This document shows, in pieces, positions 8,883 to 17,183 of a DNA stretch of 32,000 nucleotides. Positions within the stretch are counted from its first letter, which is position 1. Each line of letters opens with the position of its first letter. Location of the stretch: positions 29,910-61,909 of the forward strand of contig JABUBF010000003.1 of NCBI GenBank assembly GCA_013306035.1, written 5' to 3'. The stretch is from Nitrososphaerota archaeon. Lineage in GTDB: Archaea > Thermoproteota > Nitrososphaeria > Nitrososphaerales > UBA57. Both the position numbers and the translations under genes were made by a program. The notes under the pieces were generated by a model. That model was not told the origin of the DNA, did no database searches, and saw only the letters and a list, made by a program, of their open reading frames with translations.

Positions 8883-9085
8883 CGATATCTCCTGCTTAAT
8901 TAAAAAGTACTATACATTATATTATTAACTCTAAAAATTCATCTCTTCACACTTATCATTGATTGTACGATGCCCGCATGATTCTTCATCCTCAAATGAG
9001 TCCAGATTGCCCGTCGATGCAACGGGCATCACACAAATACCTAGTAAAAACCATATTATTAAAAATATTTCTTAATTAATGTTGA

Positions 9086-9427
9086 TTAGTTTACTGATAT
9101 TGTACCTTTCATGTATGGATGTAACGTACAATAATAATGAAATTCTCCCTTCTCATTAAATTTATAGGAAATAATTCCCAATGTATCAACATCTTCTGAT
9201 AAATCTATCTGTACCATTAAATTCTTCTCTATATTCTGCCCTGCGTCAGATGTAATATTATGACCCTCTAAATCCACATTAATCCAATAAACAGTTGTAC
9301 CTTTAGCTATAGTGATCTCTTCAGGCTGATAATCAAATCTATTAATTATTATCACTTCTAAATTCACAAATACAATTACTAATGATATAGATAATATCAG
9401 TAATCCAAAGAAAATTTCTTTCCTCAT
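9086..9427 (-). CDS. amicyanin-like type 1 blue copper protein (cupredoxin), membrane-anchored
   Basis: N-terminal TM/signal anchor. Type 1 copper ligand pattern is EGHNITS ... YYCTLHPYMKG (Cys-x2-His-x2-Met, as in amicyanin). Confidence 0.8.
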   Translation of the reverse strand: MRKEIFFGLLILSISLVIVFVNLEVIIINRFDYQPEEITIAKGTTVYWINVDLEGHNITSDAGQNIEKNLMVQIDLSEDVDTLGIISYKFNEKGEFHYYCTLHPYMKGTISVN

Positions 9428-9472
9428 ACTTCTGATAAATATCTCTATTGTTTTTAATTCCTCGTTATTGAA

Positions 9473-9591
9473 GGCCGCCGGTGGGTTTCGAACCCACGAC
9501 CTGAACCTATCTGCTTTTCTTGACCCACAGGGTCCTATGCTACCAACTACACCACGAATTGACTAATAATCGGCCACGTGTACAGACGGCC
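9473..9591 (-). tRNA. tRNA-His (GUG) with two introns (acceptor stem region and canonical 37/38)
   Basis: On the reverse complement: G-1 + GCCG..., D arm GTGT-AGTTGGTA-GCAT, anticodon stem GGACC/GGTTC, loop CT-GTG-G interrupted by a 16-nt intron, variable loop AGGTC, T arm GTGGG-TTCGAAA-CCCAC, 3' acceptor CGGCGGC and discriminator C. No encoded CCA. Anticodon at 9526-9528. The 5' end is ambiguous (GGCCG at 9591 or a second GGCCG at 9575). Confidence 0.8.
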
Positions 9592-9615
9592 TACAATAAA
9601 AAAGTACTAAGATTG

Positions 9616-9622
9616 ATTTAAA
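9616..9622 (-). promoter_or_regulatory. TATA-like box upstream of tRNA-His
   Basis: tttaaat on the minus strand lies at -31 to -25 relative to the G-1 at 9591. Confidence 0.35.
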
Positions 9623-9635
9623 GTTGCATGAAAAA

Positions 9636-10862
9636 TTAATTATTTGTCAATATGTTCAACAATACTTCAGCATATACTTGCGATGATTCAACTAGTCTTT
9701 CTACTTCGATAAATTCATCAATTGTATGAGCTTGTTTGATAAATCCTGGTCCATAAATTACTGATGGAATATTTCCTTGATTAACTAATATAGACATATC
9801 TGTAGTTGCTTTCATTCCTGATACTATTGGATTTATATTTAATATTTTATTTACAGCTCTTTTTACTTCTTGCACAATGGGTTCTGATTCTGAAACTTCT
9901 ACTGCTTCTCTAATTGTATCTTTTTCTATATTGAATTTCAATCTGTTATCTATTAGACGAAGGTTATCAAATCTTACTCTTAATTCATCTAGTATCTCAT
10001 TAGGTTCTTCTTCTGGCAATGTTCTTCTATCTATCGAAACTTTACATGAATCTGCAATCATGTTTTGTTTAGTACCTCCTTCAATCAACCCAACATTAAT
10101 AGATGGATGACCAACTAAACTGTTATTTTTCCCCTCCAATTCTTTGCTAATCTTATTAATTTCCTCAATCAGTCTCATCATGTTAATTATTGCATTGTTT
10201 GATTCTGTATCTGATTCACTTGAATGTTCTAATTTCCCATATGTGAAAATGTTGAACCATATAGTCCCTTTATGCGCTCGATAAATCTTTTCGTCTGAAG
10301 GTTCTCCAACTATTGCCATATCTGTTTTTATATTTTCTTCTAATACTTTTTGTGTTCCTAAACCGGTTGTTTCTTCTGCCATTACTCCTGTAAATATAAT
10401 TTTTCCATTGAAATTTTCTACATTATTCATGATATATTTTATTGCTATTATCATCGACGCAATAGAACCCTTCATATCAGTAGCACCTCTTCCAAATAAT
10501 TTGCTATCTTTTATTATAGCTTTATACGGATCTGTATTCCATTTTTCTATGTTTCCTATTGGAACTGTATCTATATGCCCATTAAACATAATTGATTTTT
10601 CTATGTTTCCTATTGGAACTGTATCTATATGCCCATTAAACATAATTGATTTTCCATTGTTGCCCCCAAGTACTTCTGCAATTATATTTGGTCTCTTTGG
10701 CAGAACTTCTTGTAATCTCACTTTCATACCTAATGATTTTAAAATATCTGATAAATATTCACAAACTTCTTGTTCTCCTGCAATCTCATCACTTGGAATT
10801 CTTATTAATTCCTGTGCAAGATTTGTTATGTCTTTTTCTTTTATCTTTGACTTAATGTCCAA
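9636..10862 (-). CDS. M20 family metallopeptidase/deacylase (ArgE/DapE/LysK-like)
   Basis: The MFNGHIDTVP metal-ligand motif is present twice because of a duplication. Also GRGATDMKG, GEPS and the overall M20 layout with an inserted dimerisation domain. TTG start. Confidence 0.8.
   Translation of the reverse strand: MDIKSKIKEKDITNLAQELIRIPSDEIAGEQEVCEYLSDILKSLGMKVRLQEVLPKRPNIIAEVLGGNNGKSIMFNGHIDTVPIGNIEKSIMFNGHIDTVPIGNIEKWNTDPYKAIIKDSKLFGRGATDMKGSIASMIIAIKYIMNNVENFNGKIIFTGVMAEETTGLGTQKVLEENIKTDMAIVGEPSDEKIYRAHKGTIWFNIFTYGKLEHSSESDTESNNAIINMMRLIEEINKISKELEGKNNSLVGHPSINVGLIEGGTKQNMIADSCKVSIDRRTLPEEEPNEILDELRVRFDNLRLIDNRLKFNIEKDTIREAVEVSESEPIVQEVKRAVNKILNINPIVSGMKATTDMSILVNQGNIPSVIYGPGFIKQAHTIDEFIEVERLVESSQVYAEVLLNILTNN
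10541..10648. repeat. direct tandem duplication, 2 x 54 bp, perfect
   Basis: 10541-10594 equals 10595-10648, and the next 5 nt (atttt) repeat again. 54 = 18 codons, so it is in frame. It duplicates KSIMFNGHIDTVPIGNIE. Confidence 0.97.
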
Positions 10863-10923
10863 AGCATAGTCAATTTACATTGTATAAACAGCTTTTATAA
10901 TTGTTACCGATATATGTTATTCG

Positions 10924-11199
10924 ATGACTATGAATGCACGTCTGATTATAACTGGTAACGTTCAAGGTGTGGGATTTCGCGCATTTGTTCGAAATCGCGC
11001 TATTAAAAATAATGTTACTGGATGGGTGAAAAATCTCGACGACGGCAGTGTAGAGGCTTTACTTTCAGGCTCCAAAGAAAATCTAGATAAATTAATTGAA
11101 ATAACTCGCCGAGGCACTCCTTGGAGTAAAGTGTCAAATGTTGTAGTAACTTATAGTGAAGACCAAGAAGAATATTCTTTATTTGAAATTATATCCTAG
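10924..11199 (+). CDS. acyP: acylphosphatase
   Basis: 91 aa with the family signature ITGNVQGVGFRAFVRNRA and GWVKNLDDGSVE. A TATA-like cttttataa lies about 27 nt upstream of the ATG, which suggests a leaderless transcript. Confidence 0.85.
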   Translation: MTMNARLIITGNVQGVGFRAFVRNRAIKNNVTGWVKNLDDGSVEALLSGSKENLDKLIEITRRGTPWSKVSNVVVTYSEDQEEYSLFEIIS

Positions 11200-11208
11200 T
11201 ATTTCTGA

Positions 11209-11841
11209 TTAATTAAATTTCTTTAATAGACTCTTTGTTCTCGAATCTAACAATCTTTCATTGATTATCTTAATATCTTCTGGTTCATCAAGATCTAATC
11301 TTATCGAATCCTCTAAATAAATCCAATGTTGTAGATTCCTAACTTTTATCATATCTAAATGTTTAAAGTAACTGTTATTATCATACGAAGTTCCTATGAT
11401 ATCTGGTGGACTCCTGAATAGTAGATTGGTTCCATTTTTCTTTCTTGATGGAGTAATAATTACCTGGTTGTCTTTTATTAAATTAAATAATTCATCTAAT
11501 ACTTTATTGTGTATTAATGGAATATCTCCTGGAATTACTACTGTTGCATCAAATCCTTCTTCTATAAAATATCTATTCCCTAATTCAACGGCATTATCTA
11601 CACCGTTAACTTCATTCTCTCTCAAATACGTAATATCATCGTAGTTTTCATATTGAGTTATTTCCTCTTCTGAAGATACTAATGCAATCTCTGTAAAATA
11701 TTCTGATTTTATCAGCACATCACATATGTCAAACAACATACTTCTAGACAGATCTCTTCTTTCTTCTAATGTACAAATTGATGATAATCTCTGTTTACTA
11801 TCATTGAACTTCTTAACAGGTATAATTACTCCAATCTTCAT
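11209..11841 (-). CDS. cofC: 2-phospho-L-lactate guanylyltransferase (F420 biosynthesis)
   Basis: Matches the CofC pattern as I recall it: IIPVKKFNDSKQRL, PGDIPL, GTNLL and DLDEPEDI. Overlaps the upstream cofD by 4 nt. Confidence 0.75.
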   Translation of the reverse strand: MKIGVIIPVKKFNDSKQRLSSICTLEERRDLSRSMLFDICDVLIKSEYFTEIALVSSEEEITQYENYDDITYLRENEVNGVDNAVELGNRYFIEEGFDATVVIPGDIPLIHNKVLDELFNLIKDNQVIITPSRKKNGTNLLFRSPPDIIGTSYDNNSYFKHLDMIKVRNLQHWIYLEDSIRLDLDEPEDIKIINERLLDSRTKSLLKKFN

Positions 11842-12758
11842 TCTGAAATCTTCATCACTTCCTCTGCTAATTGTATCTCTTTTAATCTATCATTCATCAT
11901 TATATCCGATACATGTGCAACTTTTCCAATCTTTTCAATCTCACTTATACTCTCCTTGTCAATTCTATCAATCACAATATCTGTCATAACATCTCTGTAA
12001 TACTCGGCTACACCCATAACTGAGACCTCATATCCTTTCGCTTTCATCATTCTTCCTGCAGGTCCACTTATTGGTTTATTATTCATTATTGGACTAATCA
12101 CGATCTTTTTAGTATTAGTTCTTTGTAACGCATCTCTAATCTGTTTGATACATATTGTTGGACCTATACTTGATATCGGATTACCCGGCGAAATTATTAT
12201 TTTATCTGCTTCCTCGATAGATTTGATTACATTCTGTGCTGGCTTTGCGTTATCTATTCCATTGTAAATCACATCAGATATTTCCGGCTTTCCTTTATTC
12301 TTAACCCAGAATTCCTGTAGATGCATTTCTCTATTATCTGTAATTATTGTTGTTTCTATCCTGTCATTAGACGCGGGAATAATCTTGTGTTTTATTCCAA
12401 ATTCTTTTGATAATATATTCGTCACTTCTGTCAAATTCAACCCATTTTTCATTAAATTCGTTCTTCTTACATGTGTTGCTAAATCCTTATCTCCAATCTG
12501 AAACCACGATTCTTCAGAAATCCCTCTTCTTGATTCTAAGAAATTGAACGTATCGTCCTTTATTCCCCACCCTCTCTTTATATCTAACTTGTTTGATAAC
12601 CCATAAAGTGTAGTGTCTATGTCAGGACAAATATAAACTCCAAATAAATTAATATTGTCTCCTACATTCACAATTATATTGACTTCCTCTTTAATGATTG
12701 AATTTAATCCTCGTAATAATCTTATTGATCCAGTACCACCGGTAATTATTGTAATCAT
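11838..12758 (-). CDS. cofD: 2-phospho-L-lactate transferase (LPPG:FO transferase, F420 biosynthesis)
   Basis: N-terminal ITGGTGSIRLLRGL and a CofD-like length. Adjacent to and overlapping cofC. Confidence 0.8.
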   Translation of the reverse strand: MITIITGGTGSIRLLRGLNSIIKEEVNIIVNVGDNINLFGVYICPDIDTTLYGLSNKLDIKRGWGIKDDTFNFLESRRGISEESWFQIGDKDLATHVRRTNLMKNGLNLTEVTNILSKEFGIKHKIIPASNDRIETTIITDNREMHLQEFWVKNKGKPEISDVIYNGIDNAKPAQNVIKSIEEADKIIISPGNPISSIGPTICIKQIRDALQRTNTKKIVISPIMNNKPISGPAGRMMKAKGYEVSVMGVAEYYRDVMTDIVIDRIDKESISEIEKIGKVAHVSDIMMNDRLKEIQLAEEVMKISE

Positions 12759-12782
12759 ATCTAATTCAATAAATTATTGATT

Positions 12783-13862
12783 CTATAAATCAGTCCATCT
12801 TGTTACTTTCATTGCTATCGCTATTGTTACTATTCCAATTGCAAACACAATACTGCAATTCCATAAAGCTGCTTGATAATTGCCATATATCATTATCTCT
12901 CTTAATCCATTGTTTAAATAAGTAAGAGGAAGTATTCTTGCGATTGCTTGAATAACCGTAGGCATTGTTTCTAATGGAAAAAACGTTCCTGATAGGAATA
13001 ACATAGGGAATGTAACTACATTGCCTGCTGCATCTGCTTCTTCTTCTTCACGTACAACCGTCGAAATAATCATACCAAGTCCAGGAAATGTTAATGCACC
13101 TGATATAATCAGAATGATAATTACTGGATTCAAAATTATATTTATATTAAAAACTAACACGGCAACAGTTAATATCACAATAGTTGAAATAATACCAATT
13201 AACATGTGATATAGAACTAATCCTATTATCCATTCAAATTTCGATAGTGGTGTAGTCGCTAATTTTTTTATTACTCCATTCTTTCTATATTTAGTATTTG
13301 TTCCAATTGTTCCAAATATTCCTGTTGACATTATTGCTATTCCTATGACTCCTGGCACAAAGTATTCTATGAAACTAATATCATTCGAAGAAATCTGTTC
13401 CTGGATTAAAACAATTGGCTGTTCTACCCCTTGATTCTCGACATTCATTGAATTTATTACCCCATTTATCAATGAACTCGTTCGTAAAAACGTTTGATGC
13501 GATTCATCCATGATTAACTTTATCGACGAATTTCCTTCTTCTAATCTTGATTCAAAATTCTTTGGTATTACAATTGTTCTAATTTGTTCTTCTAAATTCC
13601 CTTCATCATCTTCTATATTGAATGAATCTGTCTGATTAATTAGTTGAATAATTCTCAATGAAGCCATTGACGGACTATCTTGATTCATGTCATTGTTCTC
13701 AATATATAGATCCATCTTATCCGATTGAAGAGAGAATAGTCCACCAAATAATAGCATTAATAGCAATGGAAATGCCAATGTCCAGAATAAAGTAGTCTTG
13801 TTTCTCCGCCACGCCTTGAAATGACCCTTGAACACAGTGAAAATTATTGAAGCAGTTCTCAT
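12783..13862 (-). CDS. ABC-2 type transporter permease
   Basis: N-terminal TM, a large extracytoplasmic loop, then 5 C-terminal TM helices. Overlaps the upstream ATPase gene by 4 nt. Confidence 0.7.
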   Translation of the reverse strand: MRTASIIFTVFKGHFKAWRRNKTTLFWTLAFPLLLMLLFGGLFSLQSDKMDLYIENNDMNQDSPSMASLRIIQLINQTDSFNIEDDEGNLEEQIRTIVIPKNFESRLEEGNSSIKLIMDESHQTFLRTSSLINGVINSMNVENQGVEQPIVLIQEQISSNDISFIEYFVPGVIGIAIMSTGIFGTIGTNTKYRKNGVIKKLATTPLSKFEWIIGLVLYHMLIGIISTIVILTVAVLVFNINIILNPVIIILIISGALTFPGLGMIISTVVREEEEADAAGNVVTFPMLFLSGTFFPLETMPTVIQAIARILPLTYLNNGLREIMIYGNYQAALWNCSIVFAIGIVTIAIAMKVTRWTDL

Positions 13863-14782
13863 TTTGCCAACCCTTCCGCATTAATTCTTCTTCCCGTCAA
13901 ATTCAAGAATACTTCATCAAGATTTGGTTTTTTTATCTCAATCTCAACATTTGGGTCATTTGTTACAGCTGATAGTATGTTGAATAGTTGCTCGTTATTA
14001 TCAAATATTATTTGTATCTGATTCTCTGTGTCTGTTTCATACTTTATTCCACGATCTTCTAATATCTTCTTATTACAATTCTTTAATATTACTGATTTAT
14101 TTCCACCATAATTTTCAATTAATTCGTTTGGAGAGCCTCCTGCTACTATCTTTCCTTCTATTATGATAAGTATTCTATCTGATAATTCCTGGGCTTCTTC
14201 CATATAATGTGTTGTTAAAAAAATAGTTTTTCCCTGTTCTTTCAATTCCCTAATTAAATTCCAAGTCTCTCGTCTAGCTTGTGGATCTAATCCTGCAGTT
14301 GGTTCATCAAGAAATAATAATTCTGGTTCATTTATTAATGATATTGCTATTCCTACTCTTTGTTTCGTTCCTCCTGATAATGTTTTATACATTGAATTCA
14401 TTTTTTTTCTTAAACCAACTCGATCAATTAATTCATCAGTTGATACCTTGCTTGAATATAGTTCTCTAAAATATTCTAAATTTTCCTTGACCGTCAACCA
14501 ATCAAATGCATTGAAATTTTGTGGCATGACTCCAATCCTTCTTTTCACATCATTTTGTTTTTTCTTATCTTTCAAATCTATCCCAAATACCTCTACTTTC
14601 CCCTTATCTGGCGTCTTTAAACATTCTATTATTTCCACTGTTGTGGTTTTACCTGCTCCATTTGGACCTAAAAGTGCAAATACTTCTCCCTCGTTTACTG
14701 TAAATGAAATCTCATCTACTGCAGTAGATTTATCATAGGTTTTCGTTAGGCCTTCAATATTTATTACTATATTATTTATCAA
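13859..14782 (-). CDS. ABC transporter ATP-binding protein
   Basis: Walker A GPNGAGKTT, signature LSGGTKQR, Walker B LLFLDEPTAGLD and H-loop TTHYMEE. TTG start overlapping the stop of the upstream gene. Confidence 0.9.
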   Translation of the reverse strand: MINNIVINIEGLTKTYDKSTAVDEISFTVNEGEVFALLGPNGAGKTTTVEIIECLKTPDKGKVEVFGIDLKDKKKQNDVKRRIGVMPQNFNAFDWLTVKENLEYFRELYSSKVSTDELIDRVGLRKKMNSMYKTLSGGTKQRVGIAISLINEPELLFLDEPTAGLDPQARRETWNLIRELKEQGKTIFLTTHYMEEAQELSDRILIIIEGKIVAGGSPNELIENYGGNKSVILKNCNKKILEDRGIKYETDTENQIQIIFDNNEQLFNILSAVTNDPNVEIEIKKPNLDEVFLNLTGRRINAEGLAK

Positions 14783-15162
14783 TCTCTAAATTTTCCCCCT
14801 AATTTTGATTCTTTTATCTCTCTATATGCTAATAAACTGAAAAATGCTAAAAAATACTGCAATATCGGTATAATTCTTGCTATTGTAGTTGCATCTCTAT
14901 AAGTTAATGCAACAAAAACTGCTATAATCATTCCTAATATGTATGCATATTTGTTTCTCTTCAAATAAGCTGGTGTTAGAGCAAGTTGCGTTATGTATAT
15001 GGGAACGATTAACTCATTTGGAATTCCGTACATAAAAAAACCACCTGTATCTAGGAAAATCAAAAACCCACTAAAAAAAACAAATATGGAAGATGTTAGA
15101 ACCTTTTGAGAAATATTATTATTTATCCCTATTCGCCGAAAAGACTTGATTATACTGCTCAT
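14779..15162 (-). CDS. small hypothetical membrane protein (3-4 TM helices)
   Basis: 127-codon ORF, strongly hydrophobic, co-oriented with and overlapping the ABC ATPase gene. No recognisable family. Confidence 0.5.
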   Translation of the reverse strand: MSSIIKSFRRIGINNNISQKVLTSSIFVFFSGFLIFLDTGGFFMYGIPNELIVPIYITQLALTPAYLKRNKYAYILGMIIAVFVALTYRDATTIARIIPILQYFLAFFSLLAYREIKESKLGGKFRD

Positions 15163-15188
15163 AAAAGGGACTCCATGTATATCTACAC

Positions 15189-15569
15189 TTATGCTGCTTT
15201 ATTTGCAATCCATGTTCTATTAGGTCCATCCCAATGAGTTATGGGTAATTTTGAATTTAGAGGTATGCCCATTGAAGATTTTTTCTTTATAATTCCGTTT
15301 ACACTTGCATCTTTATTATCAATATGATAGTCTAGCCACTGTTTCATACAATCAAAACTACAATAGCTTGGAGATGATGTTTTATTTGTACCCCATACTT
15401 CAAACATTTTACCGCAATTTTTACATTCTGTATTACCTTCTTTACTCACTGTAGCTGTCTCTTGACTTGATCCAGATAAAGTAGGCAATTTCATCTTTTT
15501 GTAATTTGCACCTAGTTCTGTTATCCATTCTCTTGAATCTTGTTCCCATCTAGTTACTGGTAATGCCAT
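15189..15569 (-). CDS. hypothetical zinc-finger protein (FCS/TRASH-like CxxC-x17-CxxxC) with terminal repeats
   Basis: CKNCGKMFEVWGTNKTSSPSYCSFDC is flanked by the related motifs LPVTRWEQDSREWI (N-terminus) and LPITHWDGPNRTWI (C-terminus). It starts 43 nt downstream of the Hsp20 gene on the same strand. Confidence 0.55.
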   Translation of the reverse strand: MALPVTRWEQDSREWITELGANYKKMKLPTLSGSSQETATVSKEGNTECKNCGKMFEVWGTNKTSSPSYCSFDCMKQWLDYHIDNKDASVNGIIKKKSSMGIPLNSKLPITHWDGPNRTWIANKAA

Positions 15570-15612
15570 TATTTCTAATTCACCATCTGTTTACTAAAAT
15601 ATTTCTTCATTT

Positions 15613-16194
15613 TTATTCTATTACCACTATGTTATTTTCTGAATCACTCTTATTATCTTTATTTATGATAATTTCCAGTATGCCATTATTATATCTTGCT
15701 CGTGCCGAATTAGCTATTATTTTACCTGTTAACGGAATTTCTTTATAATAATTCTTTGAATTTATCGTCGTTACAAAAATTATTGACTCTTTTATCTCCA
15801 CTTTAATGTCTGATTTTTCTACACCTGGTAATTCAATTACAACCGTTACTGCATTCTTTCCTTCAATTATATCTACTAGCGGCTCACGTGATTCTGATAC
15901 CTCTAGATTTTCTTCACCTTCTGAACTTGACTTTATATTGCCAAATTCATTAATCTCTGCTTTCCCATTTTCATCTATATTTATTGAATACCCATAAATA
16001 AATGCCTCAGATCTATGTCGGTCTTCAGATTCAATTTTGTTTATCATATTAACTAAATCGTCATTCATTTCATGCTCAAATTCTCTAAATATTTCTTCAA
16101 AACCATCTAAATCCTTGAATAAATCATTGAATATGGGCATGAAGTATGGATAATTACTCTTTATTCGCTTGAAAAACTCATCTATATCTGTCAT
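15613..16194 (-). CDS. small heat shock protein, Hsp20/alpha-crystallin family
   Basis: C-terminal alpha-crystallin-like domain: VDIIEGKNAVTVVIELPGVEKSDIKVEI ... ARARYNNGILEIII. Confidence 0.7.
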   Translation of the reverse strand: MTDIDEFFKRIKSNYPYFMPIFNDLFKDLDGFEEIFREFEHEMNDDLVNMINKIESEDRHRSEAFIYGYSINIDENGKAEINEFGNIKSSSEGEENLEVSESREPLVDIIEGKNAVTVVIELPGVEKSDIKVEIKESIIFVTTINSKNYYKEIPLTGKIIANSARARYNNGILEIIINKDNKSDSENNIVVIE

Positions 16195-16288
16195 TTATTA
16201 TACTATTTTGATATTTCTTTCCTTTAATAAAATTGTTTGTTATAAAATTAAAATCTTAAAAAATTAGTTAATCTATTGATAATGTAAT

Positions 16289-17002
16289 TTGAACAAACAA
16301 CCTAATATGACTGAAATTATAGAAAATTTTCACAATGGCGAGTTTATATTCTTACACGATGATGATTCACGAGAAAATGAAACTGACATAATGCTTGCCG
16401 CCAAACACGTCACTCCAAAAAAAATTAATCAAATGAGGCAACTTGGTGGGGGACTTCTTTGTGTGGGTATTTCTCCGGATATCGGCTCTAAATTAAATCT
16501 CTCATATATGTGGGATATTCTATTACAAACAAAATCCCCTTCATTAAGTAGTCTTGTTAATACAAATCGCAATACATCACAACGTTCTACTCATTCTATA
16601 ACATTTAATCATCGAACTCTCGGAGGCGCAACAGATTTACAACGTTCTAGCACAATTTCTTCTTTACATGAACTATGCAAAGACTATACTTCAAACAATA
16701 ATCTCTCTAGCGATTTTCATTCTATGTTTGAATCACCAGGACATCTACAAATGCTCATTGGTTCTCCCGGCCTCCTTAAATCAAGAGAGGGCCATACAGA
16801 ACTCAGTTTATTTCTGTGTGAAGTCTCTAATCTAATACCTATAGTAATTATGTGTGAAATATTGGACAATCAAACCTTTACTGCTAAATCTGCCGATAAT
16901 TGTGAACAACTGGCCAAAGAAAACAACATAACGTTTATCGAAGTAGATACAATTCTAGATTATTACAAAACTAATTTTAATAACGGACCCGGTGAGACTT
17001 GA
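16289..17002 (+). CDS. ribB: 3,4-dihydroxy-2-butanone 4-phosphate synthase
   Basis: LHDDDSRENETDIMLAA, GGGLLCV and REGHTELSLFLCE ... IMCEI match DHBP synthase motifs. The start is TTG at 16289 or ATG at 16307. The last 19 nt overlap a minus-strand tRNA. Confidence 0.8.
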   Translation: MNKQPNMTEIIENFHNGEFIFLHDDDSRENETDIMLAAKHVTPKKINQMRQLGGGLLCVGISPDIGSKLNLSYMWDILLQTKSPSLSSLVNTNRNTSQRSTHSITFNHRTLGGATDLQRSSTISSLHELCKDYTSNNNLSSDFHSMFESPGHLQMLIGSPGLLKSREGHTELSLFLCEVSNLIPIVIMCEILDNQTFTAKSADNCEQLAKENNITFIEVDTILDYYKTNFNNGPGET

Positions 17003-17131
17003 ACTCACGACCTCTAACCAAGATTGATTACTCAATCTCTACAGCTGTCACCATGAATTAGGAGGATCGGCTATCTTCTGCCGCGCTAATCCAGATTACG
17101 CATTCTTTTCATAATTCTGCGCTACGGGCCC
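16984..17131 (-). tRNA. tRNA with CAU anticodon (elongator Met or Ile2) carrying about three introns
   Basis: On the reverse complement: acceptor GGGCCCG/CGGGTCC, D stem GCGC/GCGC with an insert of about 22 nt in the D loop, an insert of about 19 nt near position 26/27, anticodon arm CCTAA-TTCATG..., an insert of about 33 nt at 37/38, then TTAGA, and T arm GTGAG-TTCAAGT-CTCAC. 148 nt total against about 73 mature. The anticodon-stem pairing is imperfect (C27-A43), so isotype and exact intron borders are tentative. Confidence 0.65.
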
Positions 17132-17153
17132 ATTATGAAGTTTATTAAATAAA

Positions 17154-17161
17154 CTATAAAA
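17154..17161. promoter_or_regulatory. TATA-like element shared by the divergent tRNA and the 17184 gene
   Basis: ctataaaa (+) / ttttatag (-) is centred about 26 nt from both the tRNA 5' end (17131) and the ATG at 17184. Confidence 0.35.
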
Positions 17162-17183
17162 GTTCACAATTAATAATAATCAC

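Noticed and set aside
10408-10869. 153-aa + strand ORF (and 10646-10855, 9877-10110) opposite the M20 peptidase
   Set aside because: These are antisense shadow ORFs. The internal repeat in the 153-aa ORF only mirrors the 54-bp duplication.
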